NCBI GenBank assembly: GCA_965216635.1
Contig: OZ244188.1
Span: 832,001-896,000, forward strand
Length of the DNA: 64,000 nucleotides
Direction of reading: 5' to 3'
From: a bacterium
GTDB taxonomy: Bacteria; SAR324; XYD2-FULL-50-16; G965216635
The notes under the pieces are model-generated. The model saw only the letters and a list, made by a program, of their open reading frames with translations. It did not search any database and had not been told where the DNA came from. Below are positions 19,633-29,167 of the stretch, piece by piece (position 1 is the first letter of the stretch; the number at the start of each line of letters is the position of its first letter). A program made the position numbers and the translations under genes.

Positions 19633-20700
19633 TTATTTTTTAAACTTTATGAGTAATCGGTTTTCATAAAAGTAATCACAAGTAAGTAAAAAAAACAACA
19701 CCGAGCCTTGAAAAATTCCAGTCACAGCTTTAGGAAAACCCAATTCAATCTGCGCAATTTCTCCTCCTAGGTAAGAGCTTGCCATAAGAATACCAGCAAA
19801 AAAAATCCCTACAGGGTGTAGTCTTCCTAAGAAGGCAACAATAATTGCAGTATAGCCATAACCAGTAGTAAAGGTGGCATTGATTTGCCCTACAGCTCCA
19901 TTTACTTCCATCATACCTGCTAATCCAGCAAATCCGCCTCCAAGTAGCATAGAAACCCATAGTAGTTTTTTAGGATTAAAACCGGCATAAACTGTGGCAT
20001 TGGGAGAAAAGCCAATGACTTGCACTTGAAATCCAAGCAAGGTGCGTTGTAAAACTAGCCAAATCCCAAGTAAAACCAGTGGAGTCACCAAAACTCCTAT
20101 ATGCAATCTTGTTCCTTCTAAAAAAATAGGCAACAAAGCAGCAGAATGAAAAAGTTTAGATTCAGGAAAATTAAAACCTTCGGGGTCTTTGAATATACCT
20201 TGCACAAGATAGGCTAACAGTAAAAGTGCGATGTAGTTGAGCATTAAACTAGAAAGTATCTCATTAACATTGAAACGAGATTTAAAAAACGCTGGCACCC
20301 CAGCCCAAAACATACCAGCCAAAATGGCAAATAACCAAATAGCAGGCATTAACCAAACGCCTGTTTTGTCAAAAAAATATAGCGATACTGCAGAAGAACC
20401 GATAGCTCCAAGGATAAATTGACCTTCACCTCCTATATTCCATACACCCGCCCGAAACCCAATAGAAAGCCCTAATGCAATAAGTATAAGAGGGATAGAT
20501 TTGATGGCAAGCTCCCCTAAATTATAAAGCGAGCCAAAAGGTTTGAAGAAAAAAGCTTGTAAAGATTGAAGAACAGGGTAACCCAAAAAATGAAATGTAA
20601 TAAGACCCAACAGAACAGAAAGTAGTAGGGCTAATATAGGAGCAAAATAAAGCCAGAATTGAGATTTTTGTTGTCTTGCTTCTAGGTGTAAGGAAATCAT
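19633..20700 (-). CDS. Nucleoside/sugar ABC transporter permease (first subunit)
   Basis: FRAGVWNIGGEGQ, NEILSSLMLNY, GYGYTAIIVAFLGRLHP. Confidence 0.9.
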   Translation of the reverse strand: MISLHLEARQQKSQFWLYFAPILALLLSVLLGLITFHFLGYPVLQSLQAFFFKPFGSLYNLGELAIKSIPLILIALGLSIGFRAGVWNIGGEGQFILGAIGSSAVSLYFFDKTGVWLMPAIWLFAILAGMFWAGVPAFFKSRFNVNEILSSLMLNYIALLLLAYLVQGIFKDPEGFNFPESKLFHSAALLPIFLEGTRLHIGVLVTPLVLLGIWLVLQRTLLGFQVQVIGFSPNATVYAGFNPKKLLWVSMLLGGGFAGLAGMMEVNGAVGQINATFTTGYGYTAIIVAFLGRLHPVGIFFAGILMASSYLGGEIAQIELGFPKAVTGIFQGSVLFFLLTCDYFYENRLLIKFKK

Positions 20701-20727
20701 AGAAAAATTTATTTTATGAAAATAAAA

Positions 20728-20971
20728 TAGACCTTTGAATTTGCATTCTGTTTAGCCAAAACAAGCTTATTGCTTTCACTCTATACAAGCTTTAGCAAAA
20801 GAGCCAGTGGCTCTTTTGCAGTCTATATTGTGTTAGCTTTAAGTTTTGTAGTGTTTTTTACTACGCCATTAAAAATTTAAAAAAATGCTCACATACTATC
20901 GTGTATGCTCCGCTTTTTTGTAAATTTTATGCCTTGCCTAGCCGTCACATCAGCAAAATTCAAAAGGTCTA
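20728..20971. mobile_element. MITE-like palindromic element with TSD
   Basis: TAGACCTTTGAATTTGC...AAATTCAAAAGGTCTA flanked by TAAAA (20723-20727, 20972-20976). Confidence 0.85.
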
Positions 20972-20998
20972 TAAAATTATTAGAGGCTTATAGATAAA

Positions 20999-21577
20999 CT
21001 ACTGTCCAAAAGTTTCTGCATTTTTGAGATAAATTTCTTCTTCGGCTGTGTTTTTTCGTCCTAGAACTTTATTTCGGTAAGGGTATCTACCAAATTCCTT
21101 AACTATTTTATAATGCTCTAGTGCATATTTCAAACTACCCTCAAAGAATTTATCTTTTTTCGCTAGTTCACCGAATTGCTTTAAAGATAAATCTTGGGAT
21201 TCTAGTTCTTCGGAATGCATTAAAGGCATATAGAAAAAGAGTTGTTGAAAAGCAGTGAGAGTTGTATCTTGCCCTTTTTCTATCCCTTCTTTGCTGTTTT
21301 TTAGAGCAATAGAATCATAAGCAAAAGCTTTTTTTGTTTTACGATAGATATTGCGAGGAAATTGATCGCAAAGAATAATCAAAGCCAATCTTTGTAAGGG
21401 ACATTTTTTCCACTCGGTAAGTTTGCCTTGCTCTACTAAAAATAGCAAAGATTCAAATTGCTCTTGAATAAGTTTATCAAATTTTGGACTAGATTTATAC
21501 CAAATATTTATTTGTTTTTTACTAGGCGTAGTATCTGTTCCAAACCAAAAATTGAGAATATCTTTTGTTGTTTTCAT
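20999..21577 (-). CDS. DUF924 family protein
   Basis: ILNFWF, LALIILCDQFPRNIYR, FFYMPLMHSE, FGRYPYRNKVLGR; start moved to ATG 21577, which overlaps the upstream TAA. Confidence 0.88.
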   Translation of the reverse strand: MKTTKDILNFWFGTDTTPSKKQINIWYKSSPKFDKLIQEQFESLLFLVEQGKLTEWKKCPLQRLALIILCDQFPRNIYRKTKKAFAYDSIALKNSKEGIEKGQDTTLTAFQQLFFYMPLMHSEELESQDLSLKQFGELAKKDKFFEGSLKYALEHYKIVKEFGRYPYRNKVLGRKNTAEEEIYLKNAETFGQ

Positions 21578-22038
21578 TAGACTAAGTGGTGATACGCTTG
21601 AAAGCAAACTTCTACATCCAAACAAAAAACATATTTATTTCTTTTTTTATGGATATGTGTAAATAGTCCACTTAGGACGCCTTTGGGTAATTTTTTTTTT
21701 GTTTTTTCATCTAAAGGAAAAGCCTGTTCTTCTTCAAGGTTAACCTCTTCTACTTTCTGGTTAGTAAATAAACCAAAAGAAGTATTACGAGAAGTATAGT
21801 CTTTAACTAGCAAAACTCCTTTATTAGAAAATTGAATATTTTCTTGATCAAAATAAAAGTCCAAATGTATTAAAAATCCTTTTTTATTAGAAGATATCTT
21901 TTTGTAGCTCCAAATAGCAGTAGCATTATCATTGTTTTTCAAAATCAAGTTTGCAAGATTGGTCCTCTCGTTTAAAGTGCTTTTTTTCACAGCAATGTAG
22001 AATCGTTTTTGAGTGATGATGTAATAGTTGCTTTGCAT
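21577..22038 (-). CDS. Hypothetical protein
   Basis: 153-aa ORF whose stop overlaps the DUF924 start (TAATG). Confidence 0.6.
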   Translation of the reverse strand: MQSNYYIITQKRFYIAVKKSTLNERTNLANLILKNNDNATAIWSYKKISSNKKGFLIHLDFYFDQENIQFSNKGVLLVKDYTSRNTSFGLFTNQKVEEVNLEEEQAFPLDEKTKKKLPKGVLSGLFTHIHKKRNKYVFCLDVEVCFQAYHHLV

Positions 22039-22381
22039 AATGTTAGAGATCTTTTTAATGTCTAGCTAAATATATTGCTAAGTACTATCTAGGACTAGTA
22101 AAATATAAATATAACTTGTCTGTAGTCCGCTGTCAATCTAAAAAAAACACACAAATCTAAAAAAAAACAGAAATTTCCACTCTTATTTCTATAAATTTTG
22201 ATATATCTTCCGTGCAAGTGTATTCGTGGAAAAACAGCTATGAAAACTCCCGCTGCTATTCGTGTTGCCACGGCAGTGAAAGAAAAATGTGATGTGTTTT
22301 TTAAAAACGACAAACAGATAAAACTCCCGAAAAATTTAGAAAGAGTTTTATTTTTAGATTACCAATGAAGCTAATCTTTAA

Positions 22382-24112
22382 CTAAATTTTTCCAATAGCT
22401 TGAGTGTAACTCACAACTCCTTTGGTAATACCTTGTGAAATTTTTTGTAGATACCTACTACGAGAAAGCAGCATTCTTTCATTTTTATTGGTCACAAAAC
22501 CTGTTTCTATTAAAATACTCGGCATTTGCGAGCCCACTAGCACCAGAAAAGGCGCCTTTTTCACACCTAAATCCCTAGGAGAATAGTTTTCCTTTAATTT
22601 TTGGATAATATTTTTTTGCACTAATTCGGCTAATTTTTTAGATTCTGGAACTTTGGTTTGATTGATTAAATCATTAAGAATTGCTTGTAGATCGCTGATA
22701 TTTTTCAGACTGCTACTATTTTCTCTAGCGGCGAGGTTTAAAGCAGTTTGATTCTTCGTCAAACTCAAATAATAAGTCTCTATACCTCTCACTTTGGTGT
22801 TTTTTAGTGCATTACAATGCAGACTGATAAAAAGATCTCCTTTCTTAGAGTTCGCAAAGGCTGTTCTTTTTTCCAAAGAAATAAATCTATCTGTATCTCT
22901 TGTTAAAAGAATATTTATTTTTGGTAAGGCTTTTTGCAATTCTTTTTTCAACATTAACGCCAACCTTAAAACGATTTTTTTTTCATAATACTGGTTACCA
23001 CCTACTGCTCCAGGGTCTTTCCCTCCGTGTCCTGGGTCTATAATAATTCTTTTTACTTTTAGACCAAATGCTTCTGCTAGATTGACATTGGAAGATTTAT
23101 TGTTGTCTTGTTTGAGTTCATTTAAAATCGCGTTCAACTGGGATGAATCACTATCACCTAAAATATCTATGATAATTTTATGCTCCTTACCTAAGTTTGT
23201 AGCAAAAACTTTTGTTTCAGTGAGAGTGTAAAGATCTATTACAAGACGGGTAGTTTGGGGGTTAAATTGAGCTATGCGAAGTTTTCTGATAATACCATTA
23301 CTACTGACTATTTTTTTTTTAAATTCTTTGGGTAGAATGGTATTCTGTATATCTATGTAGAAGCGAGGTGGTTTTTTTTGTTTTTGATTTTTTTCTAGTG
23401 CTTGATAGGTATAATCTGCTTTTTTGTCTAAAGTAAGAATCACTCTCGTCCAACTAGCTGTAGTAAAATAATCTAAATCTTTGATTTGAGCTGAATGAGA
23501 GTTTAGAGTCGTTTTTGCTGTTTTTGTTTTTGCTGTCTTTGTTTTTGCTGTCTTTGTTTTTGGGGGTGGAGGAGGAATTTTTTCTTTTGCAATAGCCAAT
23601 AAGGCTATTTTGGCATCTTTAATGAGTAGACTTTTGGGGTGTTTTTTTATCAATTTCTGAAAATAGACTCTTGCTTTTTGTGAATTATTTTGAAGAAGGT
23701 AGTTTTCTCCTATCCGAAAAACCGCATCATCTGCTAAGTAATTTTTTGGGTATTGATCTATGATTTTTTGAAAATAGCGAGTGCTGTGGTCTAGATTTTC
23801 TTTTTTTTTGTTCCAACGGTAAAGAGAAGTATAAAGATTTCCTATATTGTAAAGTGATTTTGGAGCATAAATGGTCTGTGGATGGTTTTTATAAATTTTT
23901 TCAAACTGAACGATGGTATTTTTCCAGTTATGTTCGTATTTGCGAAATTCACCTACTTCATAAAGTAGGTGATAGTTTTTACTAGCTTCTTTATATTGGG
24001 AAATATAACTTTGAGAAGTATCTGCTCGGGCAAAATCCCCCAATCCCAACAAACCAGTGCCAAAAAAACAAAAAAAAATGGTATAGATAAGAACAAATTT
24101 TTTTTCAATCAT
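22382..24112 (-). CDS. N-acetylmuramoyl-L-alanine amidase (TPR + AMIN + Amidase_3)
   Basis: IIIDPGHGGKDPGA, LTRDTD..ISLEKR, FISLHCNA, PSILIETGF; N-terminal TPR-like repeats; PPPP(KTKTA)n linker. Confidence 0.92.
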   Translation of the reverse strand: MIEKKFVLIYTIFFCFFGTGLLGLGDFARADTSQSYISQYKEASKNYHLLYEVGEFRKYEHNWKNTIVQFEKIYKNHPQTIYAPKSLYNIGNLYTSLYRWNKKKENLDHSTRYFQKIIDQYPKNYLADDAVFRIGENYLLQNNSQKARVYFQKLIKKHPKSLLIKDAKIALLAIAKEKIPPPPPKTKTAKTKTAKTKTAKTTLNSHSAQIKDLDYFTTASWTRVILTLDKKADYTYQALEKNQKQKKPPRFYIDIQNTILPKEFKKKIVSSNGIIRKLRIAQFNPQTTRLVIDLYTLTETKVFATNLGKEHKIIIDILGDSDSSQLNAILNELKQDNNKSSNVNLAEAFGLKVKRIIIDPGHGGKDPGAVGGNQYYEKKIVLRLALMLKKELQKALPKINILLTRDTDRFISLEKRTAFANSKKGDLFISLHCNALKNTKVRGIETYYLSLTKNQTALNLAARENSSSLKNISDLQAILNDLINQTKVPESKKLAELVQKNIIQKLKENYSPRDLGVKKAPFLVLVGSQMPSILIETGFVTNKNERMLLSRSRYLQKISQGITKGVVSYTQAIGKI

Positions 24113-24123
24113 AGATGATTTTT

Positions 24124-26829
24124 TTAGCTATTTATTTTTTTTAGGCGCTGTAAAACATTCAAAGCCTCTATCGGAGTGGTGGTTTCAAGATCTAAATCTG
24201 TCAAAATTTTTCTGATTTCACCCTCTGGAGCAATTATCCCTTCTGGAGATTTTTTTTGTATCACAGAAGTTGCTACCATAGAAATTTGTTTAGATTGAGG
24301 ATCAATATTTTTTTCCAATTCTTTGAGTATCTCAGTGGCTCTTTGCAGCACAGTAGGAGGCAATCCTGCAATATGGGCTACCTCTACCCCGTAGCTTTTA
24401 TTAGAAGAACCTTTTTTAATTTTCCTTAAAAATACTACCCTATCTTCCTTATTTTGGGTAAGTAGGTACATATTGATAATTCCCTTAAAATTTCTATCTA
24501 ACTTTACCAACTCGTGATAGTGGGTGGCAAAGAGAGTCATAATTTTTTTTTCGTGCAGAAATTCTAAAATAGCCCAAGCAATACTTATGCCGTCATAAGT
24601 GCTAGTTCCTCGTCCTATTTCGTCTAAAATAACAAAACTTTTTTTATCGCTATAACGCAAAATAGTAGCAGCTTCATTCATTTCCACCATAAAGGTGCTT
24701 TCCCCTTTTAAAATATTATCGGAAGCTCCTACTCTTGTAAATATTTGTTTGAAAATAGATAGTTTTGCCTTTTTAGCAGGTACAAAACATCCTATTTGAG
24801 CCATCACTAGAATCAAAGCAGTTTGTCTCATATAGGTAGATTTGCCACCCATATTAGGACCCGTAATAATAGAAATATATTTATCTTCTTGATTTAAAGA
24901 TAAATCATTGGCGACGAAAGGTTCGTTTTCTTGGACAGTTTCAATCAAAGGGTGTCTAGCCTCTACTAACTCAATTTTTTGGCTCTCTTCTATAGGGAAA
25001 AAACTAGGTTTATTATAACTTTTTTGTGCTGAAACAGAGGCTAATGATTGTAGACAATCCAAACCTGCTATCAATTTTGCTACTTTTTGCAAACGATTAA
25101 TATTCGCACAAAATTTTTCCCTAATTTCCAATAATAATTTTTCTTCCAGTATTATAATTTCTTCATCAGCACCCAGTATTTTTTCTTCTAATTCTTTGAG
25201 TTCTGCTGTCACAAATCTTTCACTGTGAGTAAGAGTCTGACGACGGATATAGTCTTGTGGAATATTTTCAAGATTGTTATTAGAAATTTCAATGAAAAAA
25301 CCAAACAGTCTATTAAAACGAATTTTCAGGGTTGGAATAGAGCTACGAATTTTTTCTTTTTTTTCTAACTGTTGCACTAAATGTTTATTATTCAAAACTA
25401 AATCTCGCCATTCGTCCAGCTTGGCGTGATATCCTTTTTTTATGTAACCCCCTTCTTTTCTATTATTTGTAGGATTCTCTGCAATGGAATTTGTTAAGAG
25501 AAATAAAAGATCTTTTAAGTCGTCCCACTCCAGATAAATTTTTTTCAGTAGTGGATTAGAAAATTCTTTAAGGAATTTTTTTAGCTCCTTTAGATGGACT
25601 AGACTCTGTCTGATTTTAGCAAAATCGCTAACCCAAAAATGGTTTAAGAAAATACGAGAAGAGAGCCTTTCTATATCAAAAATATTTTTAAAGACCTCTT
25701 TGCAACCATTTCTATTCTCTGTTTTTTCTATAAGCTCTGCTACTGCCTCTTGTCTATCTGTTATTTTATCTAGCCCCAATAAGGGCTCGCTGATCCATAC
25801 CCGCAACATTCTAGCACCCATTGCGGTATTCGTCTGATTGAGTAATCCAAACAAACTTTCTATTTTGCCAGATTGATCCAATACTTTAGAATGATTGATA
25901 TTTTCCATACTAAACAAATCCAAATGCTTCAAAGTAGATTCGTCTAATAGCATCTTATTTTTATTTTCAAGCCACTGAATAGAGCGGATAGCTACATCCT
26001 CTTGTACTTGGACTTCCCGAAGATAAAACAAGATAGCTCCTAGTGAGCTAACAACAGCTGGTTTTTTATTTAGTCCTAAAGAACCTAAGAATTTTAGATC
26101 TAGTTTTTTAAAAATTTCTTCTTTACAACTTTCAAAGTCAAAAAATTTTTCTGAAAAAAGATGGAAATTTTTTGTTGTTTCAAACCAAGTAAAAGAACGC
26201 ATTATTTTTTTAAACATTTCTAAAAATAATTCATCTTTTGCCCTCACAAAGTCTGGAAATAGAATTTCACTAGGTTTTTTAAGGTCTAATGAATTAACAA
26301 AAGCATCTAAATTGGAGGAATGAAAACTCTCTATAAAAAATTCTCCCGTAGAAAAATCGCAATAGCTCAAACCTATATTGTATTCTCGGCTTTCCTCTTT
26401 TTCTCGGCAAATACCTATACTCGCTAGATAATTGTTTTTAGAAGATTGCAGGTAATCTTCGTTCAATACAGTACTAGGTGTGACGATACGCACCACCTTT
26501 CTTTTGACAATTTCTTTTGTTTTATCGGCATCTTCTACTTGGCGGCAAAGAGCTACCCTATGACCAGCCCGTACTAATTTGTGGATATAATGCTCTGCAG
26601 AATGCAGTGGCAGACCACACATAGGTAGGGCATTAGGTTTGTTCTTATTCCTAGTAGTCAGTTGAATATTGAGAATTTTAGAAGCAACTATAGCATCTTC
26701 TGCGAACATTTCGTAAAAATCTCCTAATTGAAACATTAGGATCTTGTCAAAATGCTCTTTTTTTAAATTATGATACTGTATTTCTACAGGTGTTTGCTTT
26801 TTTATTTGTGGTGGAAATTGTAGCATCAA
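24124..26829 (-). CDS. mutS: DNA mismatch repair protein MutS
   Basis: GDFYEMF, TGPNMGGKSTYMRQ, STFMVEM, DEIGRGTST, ATHYHEL, SYGVEVA. Confidence 0.97.
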   Translation of the reverse strand: MMLQFPPQIKKQTPVEIQYHNLKKEHFDKILMFQLGDFYEMFAEDAIVASKILNIQLTTRNKNKPNALPMCGLPLHSAEHYIHKLVRAGHRVALCRQVEDADKTKEIVKRKVVRIVTPSTVLNEDYLQSSKNNYLASIGICREKEESREYNIGLSYCDFSTGEFFIESFHSSNLDAFVNSLDLKKPSEILFPDFVRAKDELFLEMFKKIMRSFTWFETTKNFHLFSEKFFDFESCKEEIFKKLDLKFLGSLGLNKKPAVVSSLGAILFYLREVQVQEDVAIRSIQWLENKNKMLLDESTLKHLDLFSMENINHSKVLDQSGKIESLFGLLNQTNTAMGARMLRVWISEPLLGLDKITDRQEAVAELIEKTENRNGCKEVFKNIFDIERLSSRIFLNHFWVSDFAKIRQSLVHLKELKKFLKEFSNPLLKKIYLEWDDLKDLLFLLTNSIAENPTNNRKEGGYIKKGYHAKLDEWRDLVLNNKHLVQQLEKKEKIRSSIPTLKIRFNRLFGFFIEISNNNLENIPQDYIRRQTLTHSERFVTAELKELEEKILGADEEIIILEEKLLLEIREKFCANINRLQKVAKLIAGLDCLQSLASVSAQKSYNKPSFFPIEESQKIELVEARHPLIETVQENEPFVANDLSLNQEDKYISIITGPNMGGKSTYMRQTALILVMAQIGCFVPAKKAKLSIFKQIFTRVGASDNILKGESTFMVEMNEAATILRYSDKKSFVILDEIGRGTSTYDGISIAWAILEFLHEKKIMTLFATHYHELVKLDRNFKGIINMYLLTQNKEDRVVFLRKIKKGSSNKSYGVEVAHIAGLPPTVLQRATEILKELEKNIDPQSKQISMVATSVIQKKSPEGIIAPEGEIRKILTDLDLETTTPIEALNVLQRLKKINS

Positions 26830-26860
26830 TGAGTTATATTTTAGAAAATACTAATAAGAA

Positions 26861-27310
26861 ATGTCAGTCAAACTATATTCCATTTTAAAAAATTTTCAAA
26901 CCAAAAAAACAGGGTTCACTCTCTACCCTTTGGTTTTAATTATGATTGTCACCAGTGTATCTTTCAGCTATTTTACCCCTTTTTATGCTAAACAAAGATT
27001 AGAGAAAGTCGCCGAAGAAATCATTAGCCAAACGAACTATTTAAGACTTAGAGCTTTGATAGATCAAACTAGGTATTCTATGCAATTTGAAAATATAGCT
27101 GACAAAGTAAATTTGAAAATTGAACGACACACCCCTTACAGTCTTAATTTATTAGCCTACAACCCTAATTTTTCTTATACAATTAATAGCACAGGTAAGG
27201 TTTTTTTTTATCCTAATGGAAGAGTCAGCCCCAGAACCATTTCCATAAAATCAGGAGAACATATAAGAAAAATCACTATCTCCTTTGAAGGAAGGATAAG
27301 ACTACAGTGA
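26861..27310 (+). CDS. Prepilin-like protein (FimT/GspH-like minor pilin)
   Basis: KKTG|FTLYPLVLIMIV N-terminus; C-terminal FYPNG and ITIS..GRIR. Confidence 0.6.
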   Translation: MSVKLYSILKNFQTKKTGFTLYPLVLIMIVTSVSFSYFTPFYAKQRLEKVAEEIISQTNYLRLRALIDQTRYSMQFENIADKVNLKIERHTPYSLNLLAYNPNFSYTINSTGKVFFYPNGRVSPRTISIKSGEHIRKITISFEGRIRLQ

Positions 27311-27679
27311 GTTGAATTATAGGGTAAATAAATAAATTCTTGACAAGTAAAGGAAAGTTTTATTAAAATAAATTTTCACAACCCAAATTCATTTAAAATG
27401 AAAAAACAAACAAAACCTAAAACCTCCAAAGCTTCATACTCGCGGTAGAAAATTTATAGATTATCCATAAGGGTACTATCAGCGAAGCGAGAATCAAAAA
27501 AGCTGTTAAAGCAGTTATCTGGAGCTAGAACTAATAAATAGTGAAAGGAATCTACAATAGAAATATTTTCATCAATTGCCCTATTGGCTGAAAGCAGTAA
27601 GTCAAAAATAATAAGAATAATTTTTATCAGAGACAGATTTTTTAACAAAGAAACCTCTTAAGCAAAGGTCTCTAAAACT

Positions 27680-28066
27680 ATGAAAATTTTTATTAAAAAA
27701 AAATTCCATAATGGAAAAAAACTACCTGCCTTTAGCGTTTTAGAAGTAATGTTCGCAGGCATTATTTTTTTAATAATGCTTTTTTTTGTCAATCAATTTC
27801 TTTCACAAATTTTAAACAATCCTAGTTTTCAAGTAGATAGCGAGGAAGTTTTTAAAAAAATACAAAATTTTTCAGGCTATCCCGACCCATCCGCTACTCC
27901 AGTAGATGCAAGAGTAGATTTGTTATATAAATTTAGCAGAAATAGCTGCCACACCAATGATTCTGATTGGGATTGTCAACAAGTAGAGCTCAAGCTACCC
28001 AGTAATACACCCGGTGATACACCCAGTGATAAAAGCGTTTTTTGGTATTTATATATAAAAAGATGA
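27680..28066 (+). CDS. Prepilin-like protein (PilV/GspI-like)
   Basis: A|FSVLEVMFA type IV pilin-like N-terminus followed by a hydrophobic helix. Confidence 0.65.
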   Translation: MKIFIKKKFHNGKKLPAFSVLEVMFAGIIFLIMLFFVNQFLSQILNNPSFQVDSEEVFKKIQNFSGYPDPSATPVDARVDLLYKFSRNSCHTNDSDWDCQQVELKLPSNTPGDTPSDKSVFWYLYIKR

Positions 28067-28171
28067 TGCAAAAAAAAAACAGCTTCTCTTTATTAGACAG
28101 TGATAAAAGCGTTTTTTGGTATTTATATATAAAAAGATGATGCAAAAAAAAAACAGCTTCTCTTTATTAGA
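28024..28171 (+). repeat. Exact 74-bp tandem duplication across a gene junction
   Basis: 28024-28097 equals 28098-28171. Confidence 0.9.
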
Positions 28172-28631
28172 TTTTGCAGTAGCAATGGTGATTTTTAGTA
28201 TATTATTAGCTGCTTTTTTGCCCCGTTGGGGAGATTATAACCGCTGGCTCAGTAGATTGAAAACCCAGTTTGGTTTTGAAGAACAGTATTTGGTTTTCCG
28301 CATTCAACTAGAAGAAGATTTTTATAACGCACTACTACACCAAACCTATTTGATAGACAATTTTAGCGACAATTTTCAGATGGAAAACTGGACGATTAAC
28401 TATAGCACGGGTAGGTTAGAAAAAAGGCTTGCCATCTATCAATTTCACTCAGATGACAAAAACATAAGACGCAAAACATCCACCCTAGGCTCTCCACAAC
28501 CTGTTTTAGAAGGAGTAGAATTATTTCAATACCACGTATTTAGAGACCTTGATAGAATTTGTTTAAGACTAGAATTAAAAAGTATTTTAGAAGACATGAA
28601 GAGGATAGATTCTCTCTGCAGAAATTTATAA
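28137..28631 (+). CDS. Prepilin-like protein (PilW/GspJ-like)
   Basis: MMQKKNS|FSLLDFAVAMVIFSILL; ATG start preferred over the ORF-track TTG at 28116. Confidence 0.6.
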   Translation: MMQKKNSFSLLDFAVAMVIFSILLAAFLPRWGDYNRWLSRLKTQFGFEEQYLVFRIQLEEDFYNALLHQTYLIDNFSDNFQMENWTINYSTGRLEKRLAIYQFHSDDKNIRRKTSTLGSPQPVLEGVELFQYHVFRDLDRICLRLELKSILEDMKRIDSLCRNL

Positions 28632-28633
28632 TA

Positions 28634-28790
28634 TAAACCTTTGAATTAGCGCTCTGTTTAGCCTAAACAAGCTTATTGCTTGACGTTTTTTATGGGCTAT
28701 TTAACAGCCAAAGGGCTGTTTCACAGTTCATTCTTGCTTAATGCAAGGTTTATAGTGTTCTTTGTTACGCCATTGAAAAAATTTTAAAAA
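28634..28790. repeat. Partial palindromic element (left end only)
   Basis: TAAACCTTTGAATTAGCGCTCTGTTTAGCC...; duplicated at 30688. Confidence 0.7.
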
Positions 28791-28891
28791 ATAAAAAAAA
28801 CAAGTATTAAATAAAAAAAACTTGCTAAAATAATTTTTTTCAATCATTCTTTCTCTCTTAGAAGCCTATTTTGGCTTTTTTTTAACTTAAA

Positions 28892-29150
28892 TAGACCTTT
28901 GAATTTCGCTGATGTGACGGCTAGCCAAATGGTTAGAACAGGTGCAAAAAAAATTTTTAGCTCGCAGGAATACTCAAGTATTTCAAGAGTTAAAAATTTT
29001 TTTTAATGGCGTAGTGTTAAACACTACAAAACTTAACGTTCAGCAAGAGTGAAATGTGAAACAGCCAGTGGCTGTTTCACAAATAGCCTGTCTGAAGTTT
29101 TAAGCAATGAGCTTTGTTTTGGCTAAACAGAATGCAAATTCAAAAGTCTA
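28892..29150. mobile_element. MITE-like palindromic element with TSD
   Basis: TAGACCTTTGAATTTCGC...GCAAATTCAAAAGTCTA flanked by TTAAA. Confidence 0.85.
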
Positions 29151-29167
29151 TTAAACAACAAATAATT

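Noticed and set aside
22095..22313. 72-aa minus-strand ORF
   Set aside because: TTG start, no motif, atypical composition; cannot support it as a gene
29114..29167. N-terminal extension MFWLNRMQIQKS... of the OMPs (also 31170-31223)
   Set aside because: Starts at a TTG inside the MITE end; the ATG at 29168/31224 gives a normal signal peptide
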